A stretch of 64,000 bases of DNA. Source: a virus. Its lineage: Duplodnaviria > Caudoviricetes. The notes under the pieces are model-generated. The model did not search any database and was not told the origin of the DNA. It saw only the letters and a program-made list of their open reading frames with translations. The DNA is taken from the IMG/VR virus record IMGVR_UViG_3300029305_005484; one strand, written 5' to 3'. This document shows, piece by piece, positions 39,526 to 50,117 of the stretch. Positions within the stretch are counted from its first letter, which is position 1. The number at the start of each line of letters is the position of its first letter. The position numbers were made by a program, and so were the translations under genes.

Positions 39526-39864
39526 TTATAATTTATTTATATGAGTACAACAAGGACAAATAAATCCATCCCAATGAATATCTAGCATTCTAGTTGAGAC
39601 TAAAAGATTTGTATTACATTTTTCACATGTTTCTTTAGTAAATAAATCACGTGGAACCCCTGATCTAATTATATCAACATCCCCCTCTAGATTATCTAAA
39701 AATCCTTTTAATAATAGTGGTTCTTTATTATCAATAGGATAAACTGTAGATATATTACCAAATTTAGTTGGTATAATAACGGTTCTTTTATTTCTTGATG
39801 ATTTGAATCTTTCCATTATTAATGGATTTTCATATATTTTCTTAGGGACACTCTTCCGATTCAT
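39526..39864 (-). CDS. Zinc-ribbon protein
   Basis: CEKC...CPCC. Confidence 0.65.
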   Translation of the reverse strand: MNRKSVPKKIYENPLIMERFKSSRNKRTVIIPTKFGNISTVYPIDNKEPLLLKGFLDNLEGDVDIIRSGVPRDLFTKETCEKCNTNLLVSTRMLDIHWDGFICPCCTHINKL

Positions 39865-41302
39865 CTAAAGTTTGTTGTGGTATATCATCAGGATTTACTT
39901 CATTAATTCCATTAATGAAAATACCATGGCAATTTCTACATTGATAATATTTATTCTTTGCATCTTTCGATATTAATAATATAGTACCACAAACTGGACA
40001 TTCGCACTCTTCCAAATCACCAATTGATATTTCGAAATTATCTAATTCTTCTTCTAAATCATCTGCATTAGCAATAAATGATAAAAAGTAACTATTGTTG
40101 ACAGATGGTTTATGTACATTTTCTTGATTAATAGTAGGTGTTTGTGGAACATCTTGTTTGCATGTAACAGTCATTGGTTCTTTTGAATTACTAGATGCAA
40201 CTGTAGTACTGTGGTTACATCCATATTTAAACGTATCTGGATTACATGGATGTCCAGAACTGTTAGGATCATCTTTATAATCTAAAGGTACAACTTGAAC
40301 TTGATTGTAACTCATTTGTGTAAGGTTATAATCTGGTTCATATGCTTTACAAATTGCATTAAGTTTTATGAAATCTTCTTCAGTTATTCTTGTCAACTCA
40401 TCAAAAACTGGAAGAATTTCTTTCAAATATATATTTTCAAGTCTTTCAACAGTTGCTGCATATTTACAAATATTTTTATTTTTACATGACTTACATTGTA
40501 CTGTAATTAAGATACCCTGGTTACTCATTTTTGGTTCCTCCTTATATTTCTTATTTTCTAATAAAGTGCTTAATATCTCTATTCTTTCATCAAATAGTTT
40601 ACGATATAATTCTACAGCATCATCCATATTATTTCTTGCATTTATACATTTCTTTCCAATATCTTTATCCCAAGGATATTTATTATTGAAGTCGTCTGCT
40701 GGAAATACAATATTAGATTTTAATACTGATAGTGCATATTTTTTCTCATCTTCAACTTTATCAGGATAAAATTCTTTAGCACGAGCAATTCTAACAAAAG
40801 GATCAGTATCTTTGTGTGTTTGTTCCATACATGTTATAAAGAATTTTCCTTTACATTTTAAGTTTAACATGTATTTCACAAAATCACTTTTATCAGATAT
40901 TAAAATATTTTCACCATCAAATTTTTTAAGTCTATCTTTTGCTTTACATTTATCATATTTATCACAACCAAGACATAAAACATATGGAGTATGTATATCA
41001 AATAATTTATATCCTTTATAATCACTATCATATGTTTCATATTCACCAGTTTTTTCTAATGTAAATGCTAAACTAAATTTATTTTGAAAATCAGAATTTT
41101 TTAATTTTATAAAATCAAAAAGATGTTCTGTTTGAGGATTCAAATCATCCACACTATAAAGAGTCATGATTTGCTTATAAAGTTTATAAAACATACCACA
41201 ATGCTCATGATTAGACCCACAATCTAGACAAGTGAGAGCAATTTTACCTGTATAAGTAACAATCCTTTTATTCTTCATTTTCAATCGTCTTTTTGAAAAC
41301 AT
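39842..41302 (-). CDS. Cys-rich protein with CxxC-x5-C repeats and C-terminal zinc ribbon
   Basis: CLGCDKYDKC, CKSCKNKNICKY, CPVC...CRNC. Confidence 0.7.
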   Translation of the reverse strand: MFSKRRLKMKNKRIVTYTGKIALTCLDCGSNHEHCGMFYKLYKQIMTLYSVDDLNPQTEHLFDFIKLKNSDFQNKFSLAFTLEKTGEYETYDSDYKGYKLFDIHTPYVLCLGCDKYDKCKAKDRLKKFDGENILISDKSDFVKYMLNLKCKGKFFITCMEQTHKDTDPFVRIARAKEFYPDKVEDEKKYALSVLKSNIVFPADDFNNKYPWDKDIGKKCINARNNMDDAVELYRKLFDERIEILSTLLENKKYKEEPKMSNQGILITVQCKSCKNKNICKYAATVERLENIYLKEILPVFDELTRITEEDFIKLNAICKAYEPDYNLTQMSYNQVQVVPLDYKDDPNSSGHPCNPDTFKYGCNHSTTVASSNSKEPMTVTCKQDVPQTPTINQENVHKPSVNNSYFLSFIANADDLEEELDNFEISIGDLEECECPVCGTILLISKDAKNKYYQCRNCHGIFINGINEVNPDDIPQQTLDESEECP

Positions 41303-41317
41303 ATTTGTATCTCCTTT

Positions 41318-41830
41318 TTATTCTTTAGCCATATATTTATTGCACGTTACATAAAAACAACAATGGCAAACAAGTTTATTTACTAGTAGTGATATGAACG
41401 CACAATACCTTTTAAATACCAAAGTTCTATTAAAGTTTTTAAACGTATATTTGTATTGACAACTATTTTGATATCTACAATTTTCACATTTATAACTTTC
41501 TGAATATATAGGTATTTTACAATCAGAGAATACTACTCTACCTCCAGTTATTTTAATAATATCTGCCATTGATTTTATGGAAATAACATGACCACTACCT
41601 TCTCCTGAAAGAAGTAGTGATAATTTAAAAATCTTTTCATTTGAATTATGCGGTACTTTGAGTGCATCAAGAGCATGAAAAGAACATATTTCTCTTTCAG
41701 CTATTAATTCTACTCTTTTAGAGTTATCAATTATAAACTTTCTTGATTTACAATTAGATTTCCTAGTACAATTTCCACAATTCACATTAATATTTCCATG
41801 CCAAACCATAGGCATAGGACAATCTCTCAT
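41318..41830 (-). CDS. Cys-rich protein (CxxC-x5-C twice)
   Basis: CGNCTRKSNC, CENCRYQNSCQY. Confidence 0.7.
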   Translation of the reverse strand: MRDCPMPMVWHGNINVNCGNCTRKSNCKSRKFIIDNSKRVELIAEREICSFHALDALKVPHNSNEKIFKLSLLLSGEGSGHVISIKSMADIIKITGGRVVFSDCKIPIYSESYKCENCRYQNSCQYKYTFKNFNRTLVFKRYCAFISLLVNKLVCHCCFYVTCNKYMAKE

Positions 41831-41844
41831 TTAAGATTCCTCCT

Positions 41845-42375
41845 TTAATGACCATTAGGTATTATTCTTTCTCTTCTTGAACTAAGAGCTTCTATTATGA
41901 TATTTTCGTGTGTAAAATGAGCACAATGAAGAGATATTCCAAAATTACACCTAATAGGATTTGTCATAATCATAGATATAATCTCATTCAAAGCAAACTG
42001 TCTCTTTCCATAATGATCTATAAAAGTATTTTTATATTTACAGACATCAGCAGATATACAATTTCTGCAACTATCACACCCTAAAAATCTCATAGTGTAT
42101 TTAGTACTTTTAGGTTCATTATCAATTTTAAGTACTTTCAAATCTACTCGTTTAGAATCGTAATTATCACATACAAGATCAATTCCTGTAATATTATCAC
42201 CATCTATAAAACTTATTATAGGTTTCTTTCCATCAATTTGAAGTTCGTTTAAAGAAACTTCAATAGGTAAAGTACATAATGCTTTACCTATTGAACATTC
42301 AAATCGATCAAGGCAATCATGACAATCTCTGCAATTAACAATCACAGAGTTATTATTCTTTTCCATTTTGATCAA
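41845..42375 (-). CDS. Cys-rich protein (CxxC-x5-C twice)
   Basis: CHDCLDRFEC, CRNCISADVCKY. Confidence 0.7.
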   Translation of the reverse strand: MIKMEKNNNSVIVNCRDCHDCLDRFECSIGKALCTLPIEVSLNELQIDGKKPIISFIDGDNITGIDLVCDNYDSKRVDLKVLKIDNEPKSTKYTMRFLGCDSCRNCISADVCKYKNTFIDHYGKRQFALNEIISMIMTNPIRCNFGISLHCAHFTHENIIIEALSSRRERIIPNGH

Positions 42376-42380
42376 TCTCC

Positions 42381-45300
42381 TTATTGCATATGACAGAAAT
42401 TAAATAAATCAGTTCTCTGACCTTTAATTACTGCAAAATAATCATTCAAAAGACCTGTGTCTCTTGATGTAATCATGTATTTAACAGGGTCGAATTTTCT
42501 GAACATCTCTTTTATGGCTGGATCCATCAATCCAATGATATTTAGAATATCACCATCAAAATCTGCGTTAAGCCCTGGTAAAATGCTTAATGGAACTGAC
42601 ATTGTATAGCATTCATGATCAGGTTTTACATTTCTGATGTTCATAAGAATTATTGAATAATAATTTCAAAGTAATTTATTTACTTCTGACTATATCTTCA
42701 TAATATATTCTGTTACCAAATATATTATGCCCTCCATTTCCACATATTTCTATATGTACTCTACTCACTTCTTCATATAGATATTTCTTCTATATTATGC
42801 TTTCGATAGTCGATGAGCGTTCTTCTTATAATTAATTATTTTTTGTATTTTTTTATTTCTTGTTTTAGTTCTTTTGACATTTTACGTGCTTTTTTAATTG
42901 CAGTATTTTTATATAAATCAACAAGACGTTTTTGTTCTAATTTATTTGCTATGTATCTTTTAACTTTATCAGATATATATAATTCAAGTAAAATACTCAT
43001 ATTAATACCTCCTTTAGTTGTTATAATTAATATAAGAAACTTCGTTGCGGATTGTTACATCTTTACTCTTTTTACTATACCTTTGGAATTATCCATTGCC
43101 ACTAAGTATATTACTATCTTAGTTTAGTAAGTAAAGATTATGTAAGTTTCCCGCAGTTAAAAGGGTTTTACAACACCAATTGTGTTTAGCGTTGGATTTC
43201 TGTTAATAATACATGATGGTTGTTCATTCTTAATGATTAATTGCATAATACTATAAATTCTTGGATCAAAGTTATATCCTTCTTCCCAAATAGTATTAGC
43301 CTGGGCTAACGAAATATTATGTATTGTTTTAAGGTAGTAGATGATTTTAAGTTTAAACATCACATAAAAACAACTATAACCTAAATCTATTTCGTTATCT
43401 TTTAATGTCGGGTCTGGAATAATTACGTTTATTTATATTTATATAGATTCGTTATTTCTATACTGGTTTAAAACCACTCTATATCACTATAGAGATTAGA
43501 CTATATCTTCATCCTCTTCACTATTACCATGAAGTAGGAGCTCCCCATTTCGAACTCACTTGAGTTCTACTCTACTCATTTATTCTCCTAAGTCTTTCTC
43601 TTAAGATATACTTTCGATAGTCGTTGAACCTTATGCCTCTATACTTAGTGTCTATGTGTGTAATTATCAATATTATATAATTTAGATATTTCACACCAAG
43701 ATTCTTTATTAAGAATTTTATAAATCATAGAATACGATAAACCAACCATTTTTGAAATTTCTTTCAAAGAATACATATTTGATGCTAGTAATTTACATAT
43801 AGTATGAATTTTCTCTTCTCTTTCAGAAAGTTCTTTTTCGGTTTTACCGTACATATAATTAGAAAAATCATAATTTGATGTTATATGTTTCCATGATTCT
43901 CCATGTAAAATATGTCGTATCATATCATATGTAACACCAGTTTCATTAGAAATTTCTTTTATACTCTTTTCATTTTCAACAAGTAACTCACATACATGAA
44001 TTACCATATCTTCAGAAAATATATGATTTGTTATATTTTCACCATAACGTGTTTGTTTAAGATTATTAACTCTAGCATGATAATCATTTTCTTTAGTTGT
44101 GACCCATTCTAAATTCCATACACATGGATTATGTTTATCTCCATCTTTATGATTAACTTCTGGTTTATTATCAGGATTTGGAATAAATGTTATTGCCACA
44201 AGTCTATGTAATAAAAATGTCATTGGTTTATCATCTATCCATAAATCAAGTTGTAAATAATCTCGTTTATTTATTTTTAGAAATGAACTTTTGTTTTTAA
44301 TTCCTCTATAATTTAAACTTAAAACTCTTCCATATGTAGATATTAAATATGGATAATATTTTTCATTTAATTTAAGTTGCTTAAATTTTTCACGTTTTTG
44401 ATGTCTATATTTCAATCTATAAATATTTTTTATCTTTTTATTTAATTCTTTTTTACTAAGTTTATTATACATATTCCTCCTTTCTAGTATAAAGGCATCT
44501 TGGCTGCTGATTGTCTCATTGAGAGTTTCCAGCAATTAGAGGAGTATTTTGTATCATATTTCTATGATAGCACGCAACGTAATTTACGTGCAGTAAAGTT
44601 GAGTGAGCCTCCAATAAGTTGATCTCTTATTAATCCATCTTTTGTATTAAGAAGTTCAAAATTAAACTCCCAAATAGCATTTGCTTTAGATTGAATTCTA
44701 TTTAAGATAACTGGAGTTTCAATTTCAACCGAATCTCTTAAGTTTCTTGCTAAGTTTACAGCAGTATTTATGTCTTTATCAATCCCAGTGAAATAAAAGT
44801 TTTCTGCTGTTATTGATTGCTGACGTAATAACGTTGTATAAACTGGTATATGTGAAGTAAATACTTTAAGTCTTTCTTCACTAACTAAATCAAATGTCTT
44901 TGCTTTAGCTGGTTTCTTTCTTTTATAGTATGCAATGATTTCATCAAATCGCATTCTAAATTCTTCGATTCCAATACCACAGAAAGGACTTTTCGGTTCA
45001 AAGTCTTTAAGTTCATCTTCAGATAAATCGACTCTTCTCCCATCTCGATCGACTTTCTTTTTCATGAAAATGATTTCTTGGAATTCATCTTTTCCAATTG
45101 CTGATTGTAAAATTCTGTAGTAATGTGGGGCAATAATCTTTTTATTCCCTAATGGAATCCAGCCTGTCATACGAGGATCTACATCTCTAAATTCAATTTT
45201 AGTTCCACATTTAGGACATGTTTCTCCTTCGAATATGGTTCCTTTAAATTCGCCACATTTACATCTGTAGCGTTCTTGAAATGATTGCTCATCTGAATAT

Positions 45301-45473
45301 GTTGTACCATATAACGGTGATTGGGGACCATATAAAGCTTTCTTCTTGTTTTCATCAATTTCTACTTCTGGTGGATCTACTATAAAAAACCCAGTTCCTG
45401 ATGCAACATCGGCGAAAGCATCGGCATCCCAATTTCGTCTGCTTACAACTGCTCGTCGTGTTCCCATATTCAT
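42381..45473 (-). CDS. Phage RNA polymerase beta' N-terminal subunit, spliced: exons 45473-44586, 43429-43188, 42666-42381 (471 aa)
   Basis: Zn finger CKC...CPKC; joined motifs GSLNFTAR|NVIIPDPTL and INRNPTL|NYYSII; catalytic NADFDGD; exons total 1416 nt, in frame. Confidence 0.92.
42667..43187 (-). ncRNA. Group I intron 2 (521 nt)
   Basis: P1 CAACGCU/GGUGUUG with U.G at the splice site; P7 UCGACUA/UAGUCA; AAGAUAUAGUC; ends in G. Confidence 0.9.
42836..43000 (-). CDS. 54-aa basic ORF inside intron 2
   Basis: RBS AAAGGAGG; MSILLELYISDKVKRYIANKLEQKRL...KKYKK*. Confidence 0.55.
   Translation of the reverse strand: MSILLELYISDKVKRYIANKLEQKRLVDLYKNTAIKKARKMSKELKQEIKKYKK
43430..44585 (-). mobile_element. 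Group I intron 1 (1156 nt) with homing endonuclease
   Basis: P1 GCACGU/GCGUGC; 9-bp P10 AAUUACGUU/AACGUAAUU; GUUCAACGACUA and AAGAUAUAGUCU core elements. Confidence 0.9.
43645..44472 (-). CDS. Intron-encoded HNH homing endonuclease (NUMOD4/HNH type with C-terminal HTH repeats)
   Basis: YLISTYGRV, HRLVAITFIPNP, VNHKDGDKHNPCVWNLEWVTTKEN; start after AGGAGG. Confidence 0.92.
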   Translation of the reverse strand: MYNKLSKKELNKKIKNIYRLKYRHQKREKFKQLKLNEKYYPYLISTYGRVLSLNYRGIKNKSSFLKINKRDYLQLDLWIDDKPMTFLLHRLVAITFIPNPDNKPEVNHKDGDKHNPCVWNLEWVTTKENDYHARVNNLKQTRYGENITNHIFSEDMVIHVCELLVENEKSIKEISNETGVTYDMIRHILHGESWKHITSNYDFSNYMYGKTEKELSEREEKIHTICKLLASNMYSLKEISKMVGLSYSMIYKILNKESWCEISKLYNIDNYTHRH

Positions 45474-45861
45474 TAATCTCCTTTCTTTTTATACCAAAAA
45501 ATAATATATCACTAATAGAATAATTTGGGATTATTAGTGATATATTTCAATTTACATTTATAATTAAGTTTTTAAATATATAAAAAATGAGATTCCTAAA
45601 TAAATAAGAATCTCATTTTATATATTAAAGTAATTGGTGCATACAGCACCACTAATAATTATACTAAGTATTTATCCATAATATAATTAAATTACTTCAA
45701 TAAATTCATATAAGAATAAAGGTTTTGACTTTAATAATGTATTTAAATACTTTATCTACTATAATAATATATCACTAAAATTATAATGAAAAATACGGTC
45801 TATATAAATTCTTAACGAAAACAATACACTAAACATTAAATGAAAGGTGGGAAATACTATT

Positions 45862-46755
45862 ATGTGTCTAACCCCTAATAATATCGGTTTAATGTATATA
45901 TCCGAACAGGTATCTCCTGAAGATAATACAGTCACTAACTTAAAATACAATGATAAAACTGGTGTAAAATATGCTGAATTTGATACTGTTTTACAAACGT
46001 TTCGTTGTTTAAATAGAAATCATAGAAAGTATTGGGGACCTAATATCGCCGAAATGCTTAAAGCTGAGCGTATTGTAACTATGCTTAGAACTAATTCATG
46101 GTATGGCGAAATGGATCATCCATATCCAGTAAATAAAAAAGATGAATTATCATCTGAACGTATTCAAGCAATTGAAATGAGTCGTCGTTCTCATAAGATT
46201 TTAAGACCTGTAGTAAATGGAGACATTTTAAGAGGTACAATTCAAACTGCATCTGGTACAGAAGCTGGTAGAGGTTTCTGTGATGAGATTATCCAAGGTT
46301 TAATTCCATCATTCAGTTGTAGAGCAATTGCTGGTCTTGGTGAAATTAATGGTGATATTTATGTACTTGCAAGAAAACTCATTACATATGACTGGGTACT
46401 TTATCCTAGTCATCATGATGCAAACATGGATAGTGAACCTAAATTTATTTCTAAATCAGCGTCCCTTACAATGCTCGAATCAGCAGGTGTTGATGTTGGT
46501 TCTCAACTCAAAGATATTAGAGAACGTTATACAAAAGACGTATTTATTCCATTAGAAGAAATTCTTGCTTATACTGGAAGAAAAGACGTTAATACAAACA
46601 TGATTATGGAATCATTTGGATTGTCATTGAGTGATATTCAAGGATTTGATTCTGCAATTAATCATGTCATTATCAAAGATGGTGATAATAAAATTTTTGC
46701 TAAGATTTCACCAGAAACTCAAAGAGAAGTTAAGACATACTTAAGTTCATTCTAA
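45862..46755 (+). CDS. Prohead protease (T4 gp21/phiKZ gp175-like)
   Basis: YGEMDHP, SFSCRA and ITYDWVLYPSH His/Ser/Asp motifs; late motif at 45820. Confidence 0.82.
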   Translation: MCLTPNNIGLMYISEQVSPEDNTVTNLKYNDKTGVKYAEFDTVLQTFRCLNRNHRKYWGPNIAEMLKAERIVTMLRTNSWYGEMDHPYPVNKKDELSSERIQAIEMSRRSHKILRPVVNGDILRGTIQTASGTEAGRGFCDEIIQGLIPSFSCRAIAGLGEINGDIYVLARKLITYDWVLYPSHHDANMDSEPKFISKSASLTMLESAGVDVGSQLKDIRERYTKDVFIPLEEILAYTGRKDVNTNMIMESFGLSLSDIQGFDSAINHVIIKDGDNKIFAKISPETQREVKTYLSSF

Positions 46756-46769
46756 AGGAGAGATTTGCC

Positions 46770-48047
46770 ATGGGAAGAAAATACATTCCAACTACAGCAG
46801 CAAATGGTGAAATTGTATATACAAAGAAAAATGATTTCAAAGCAGCTGCTAAAGAAATTATGAATAGAGGTAAAGATGTTCCTTCTATGGTACAATCTAT
46901 TACTTCAGATTTAAAAGATGCTGTTGAATATCGTAAAACTATTAGTAGACAAGCATTAGATCATAGAATGCCAGCAGAAAAAGGTGTTCAATACAAAGGT
47001 CGTATGGAAGATCTTAATAAAATTCAAAAAGAAATTAATATGCTGGTTAATAAATTAAAAAGATATGGCGTTAGGGTTAATAAACAAGCATTAGCTCATG
47101 ACAAAGTCGTATATGAAGGAGGACATTTAACAATGTTTACAACTGAAGATTTAAAACGTATGAAACTTGATATTTTTGAAGAGAACGTTGCTAACAAAAT
47201 TAGTGATGATCTTAGAGATTATATGTTGATTGTAATTGAATCTACCATGGATCAAGTAGTTCGTACACAAACATATTTAGAAAAAGTAGAAGAAGTTATT
47301 AATGGACAAAGAGAACACTTTGTTGCTTTTGTAACAGAATCTCATAATGAAGGTTTAATATCAGCACTTCAAAAAGAAGTATTACTTGAAATGGCTGAAG
47401 ATGACTTTATGTTTGAAGCTCCTACACCAGATAAACTTCCAGAATTAGTTCAATCATTCCTTGAAGCAGCTGAAGCTGGAGATGAAGACAAGAAAGCAGC
47501 AATCAAAGAACAAATCGATGTTGCTAAATCACTTAAAGAAATTGAAGGTGGAAGTACAGATAAAGCACCAGTAGATAACAAAGAAGGTGCTGTTACTGAA
47601 GGGGCAAAGGAAGAGTGCTCAATTGTTGAGAAACTTGAAGCTCTTAAAGTTAAATTAAGCGATGAAGAACGTGCTATAGCAGAAAAATTTGATGAACTCA
47701 TTGCTAATGGTGGTGAAGAACCTGTAAAAGAAGAACAAAAAGAAGAAGATACAAAAGAAGATGATCCTAAAACAGAGGAACCAAAAGAAGAACCAAAAGA
47801 AGAAGAACCGGTTAAAGAATCTACAGAAGAACCTGTAGTTGAAGAGCCGGTTACAGAAGAACCTACTACAGTAGTAGAGTCTGAAGTACAACCTCTTGAA
47901 AATTCTGTTGTGGTTGAATCTACTATTGAATCTTCTTTATCAAAAGAAGAAGGAGACTCTCTTCTTGCATATGTAAAAGAATCAGTAGCAGATGGTGTTT
48001 ATAGTGAAGAAGATGCTGCACGTATCGAAAAGATGTTAAAATTATAA
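46770..48047 (+). CDS. Acidic head/scaffold-like protein
   Basis: Follows the protease; many VxES/xEA sites. Confidence 0.6.
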   Translation: MGRKYIPTTAANGEIVYTKKNDFKAAAKEIMNRGKDVPSMVQSITSDLKDAVEYRKTISRQALDHRMPAEKGVQYKGRMEDLNKIQKEINMLVNKLKRYGVRVNKQALAHDKVVYEGGHLTMFTTEDLKRMKLDIFEENVANKISDDLRDYMLIVIESTMDQVVRTQTYLEKVEEVINGQREHFVAFVTESHNEGLISALQKEVLLEMAEDDFMFEAPTPDKLPELVQSFLEAAEAGDEDKKAAIKEQIDVAKSLKEIEGGSTDKAPVDNKEGAVTEGAKEECSIVEKLEALKVKLSDEERAIAEKFDELIANGGEEPVKEEQKEEDTKEDDPKTEEPKEEPKEEEPVKESTEEPVVEEPVTEEPTTVVESEVQPLENSVVVESTIESSLSKEEGDSLLAYVKESVADGVYSEEDAARIEKMLKL

Positions 48048-48101
48048 AAAATATAAAAAATAAGATACTAAGGATTTCCTTAGTATCTTATTTTTATCTT
48101 A

Positions 48102-48275
48102 TTATTTTTCTTTAACATCAGTCATTTTATCTTCTGTTTTAGAAGATTTTGAACTGAATGCTTTTACTGCAGCTAATGCTCCACCAGCTAATACAGCTGC
48201 ACCGCCTGTAATAATACCTGCTGTTGTAAGATTCTTTTTCATTTCTCTTTGTGCACGTCTTTTACTTGCTTTCAT
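48102..48275 (-). CDS. Small membrane peptide
   Basis: Start MKASKRR after GAGG; Gly/Ala hydrophobic segment. Confidence 0.6.
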   Translation of the reverse strand: MKASKRRAQREMKKNLTTAGIITGGAAVLAGGALAAVKAFSSKSSKTEDKMTDVKEK

Positions 48276-48480
48276 CTTCTTCACCTCCTTTAGTTGAATC
48301 AAAGTCTTTATAATAAGGGACACCATCTTTGATACCTTTATCAGTCAAAACTTTACTGATTTGATATCCAATGTATCCAACTACTCCTAAGATGATGTAA
48401 ACCCATGAATTCTTTTTTACGTGTTTACAAATTTTTGACCCTGTACTTTTTGCATTCATGATAAAATCTTTCATATTCAT
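48262..48480 (-). CDS. Small membrane protein
   Basis: WVYIILGVVGYIGY segment; RBS AGGAG. Confidence 0.65.
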   Translation of the reverse strand: MNMKDFIMNAKSTGSKICKHVKKNSWVYIILGVVGYIGYQISKVLTDKGIKDGVPYYKDFDSTKGGEEDESK

Positions 48481-48545
48481 AATCTCCTTTTAATGTAAAT
48501 TTTAGATGAGTATGGATTATATAAATTCCCATACTCATCTAATAA

Positions 48546-48950
48546 TTATTCAGCATCTGTTGTTTCCTCAACAGTTTCTGCAGCTGGATTTTTGTCTTTG
48601 CATTCATTTTCACAATTACATTTTTTCTCTTGATTTCCAAGATCTAATGTAATCACATGAATAGGAACTGCTGTACCACAAACACACTTTGGTGCCTTTG
48701 CTTTTGGCTCTTCCTTTGTAATGAGACATCTAACTTTTTCAACAGCAGTATAAACACCATTTGCAACAAGATCTACTGCTCCATGTACTACATCAAGTGT
48801 TAATGAAGTTGTAACATTAACAGCTGTATCATATGCGATGTTGTTAACTGTTTTTCTAAGTCTTCTCTTTTGAGCTTTAGAAAGTTTTACTTTCTTAGCA
48901 ACTGTTTTAACAAATGCTGGCTTCTTTGTTCTCTTAACAGATTTTTTCAT
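48546..48950 (-). CDS. Basic-N-terminus hypothetical protein
   Basis: RBS AGGAG; early motif 49045. Confidence 0.7.
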   Translation of the reverse strand: MKKSVKRTKKPAFVKTVAKKVKLSKAQKRRLRKTVNNIAYDTAVNVTTSLTLDVVHGAVDLVANGVYTAVEKVRCLITKEEPKAKAPKCVCGTAVPIHVITLDLGNQEKKCNCENECKDKNPAAETVEETTDAE

Positions 48951-49277
48951 ATCGGTTCTCCTTTCCTCTTAGATAAAATCTTCTAAGATATTTTTTAAAA
49001 ATTTGTATTATTAATATAAATTAATAATTCAATGATTCACAAAAATAATATATGTTTATTTTTCAAGCTATTTTTCATGAAAATAAATCACATGATTACT
49101 TTTAAATATATAGTAAGAATTAAATTTATTTTTAATTTTAAATCATAAAAATAATATTTGAAACAGTTTTGTAATAGAAGTGAATAAATTAATACACTAG
49201 TTTATTCCAAAAACATTAATTTAATTAGAGATAACTAATTATTTTAAATAATTAAAATATGAAAGGAAGTAAAAATC

Positions 49278-49961
49278 ATGAGTTTTCTTGATAAATTAAG
49301 AGAGCCACTTCCTTCTTCTGTAGAAGAACCGGTAGTGGAATCTGCTATTGAAAATCCGGTTATTGAAGAACCAGAGGTTACTGAACCAGTTACAGAATCA
49401 CCGGATGATATTACAATTGATGCTGGAGAAGATCCTGTTTTGGATGATCCAGAATTCAAAGATGATTTGGAAAAACCTGAAAGTTTTGAACTTACTCCAG
49501 AAGAAGAAGCAGAAGCTGATTCAATTATTAATATTGCAGCTACACCTGTAATTCTTAAAGAAGTTCTTACACAAGAAGCAGTTGATGCTTTTGTAGAATC
49601 AGCTGATTTTGATATTGCTGTTAGTGAAGGATTTGCACTTGAAGGTACAAAAGATAACTTTACATCAGTAACAGGCGAATTATTTACAGAAGCTAAGTTC
49701 TATTCAAAGAACCAAGTACGTTTCACAAAAGAAGCAAGAACAAATCAATTATTTGAAATTTGTGTTCAGGCTATTGCACGTGCTAAAAATGATCCAGTTT
49801 ATACAAAACTGGCTAAGGTTCAGGAACTTAGAAGAAAATTAAAAGCAGTACTTCGTCAAAGATATAAAGCTCCTGCTATGAAGAAAGCAAAAGAATATAT
49901 CGTAAGATTAAGACGTAGTAAATCTGCAACAATTGCGAATGCAGCAAAGAAAATTGGTTAA
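49278..49961 (+). CDS. Probable head protein: acidic propeptide plus basic C-terminal domain
   Basis: Late motif 49212; VVES, VTES, FVES, FTEA followed by a K/R-rich domain. Confidence 0.6.
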   Translation: MSFLDKLREPLPSSVEEPVVESAIENPVIEEPEVTEPVTESPDDITIDAGEDPVLDDPEFKDDLEKPESFELTPEEEAEADSIINIAATPVILKEVLTQEAVDAFVESADFDIAVSEGFALEGTKDNFTSVTGELFTEAKFYSKNQVRFTKEARTNQLFEICVQAIARAKNDPVYTKLAKVQELRRKLKAVLRQRYKAPAMKKAKEYIVRLRRSKSATIANAAKKIG

Positions 49962-50117
49962 AATACCTCGTTGAAGATAGGATTGGGCTTTTTGTCATGT
50001 GCCTACCTACAGGTAGAAACCTCCGTTTCTTTTAATTTTAAACTGACCTAAAATATCCTAGGAGTTCTGAAATGCTCCTAGGATATTTTACCCAAAAAAA
50101 GAAGAGTGATAAAATTA

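Noticed and set aside
49965-50050. GC-richer intergenic stem-loop after the 49278-49961 gene as a ncRNA or riboswitch
   Set aside because: Only a modest single hairpin and no recognisable family; an Rfam search would be needed.
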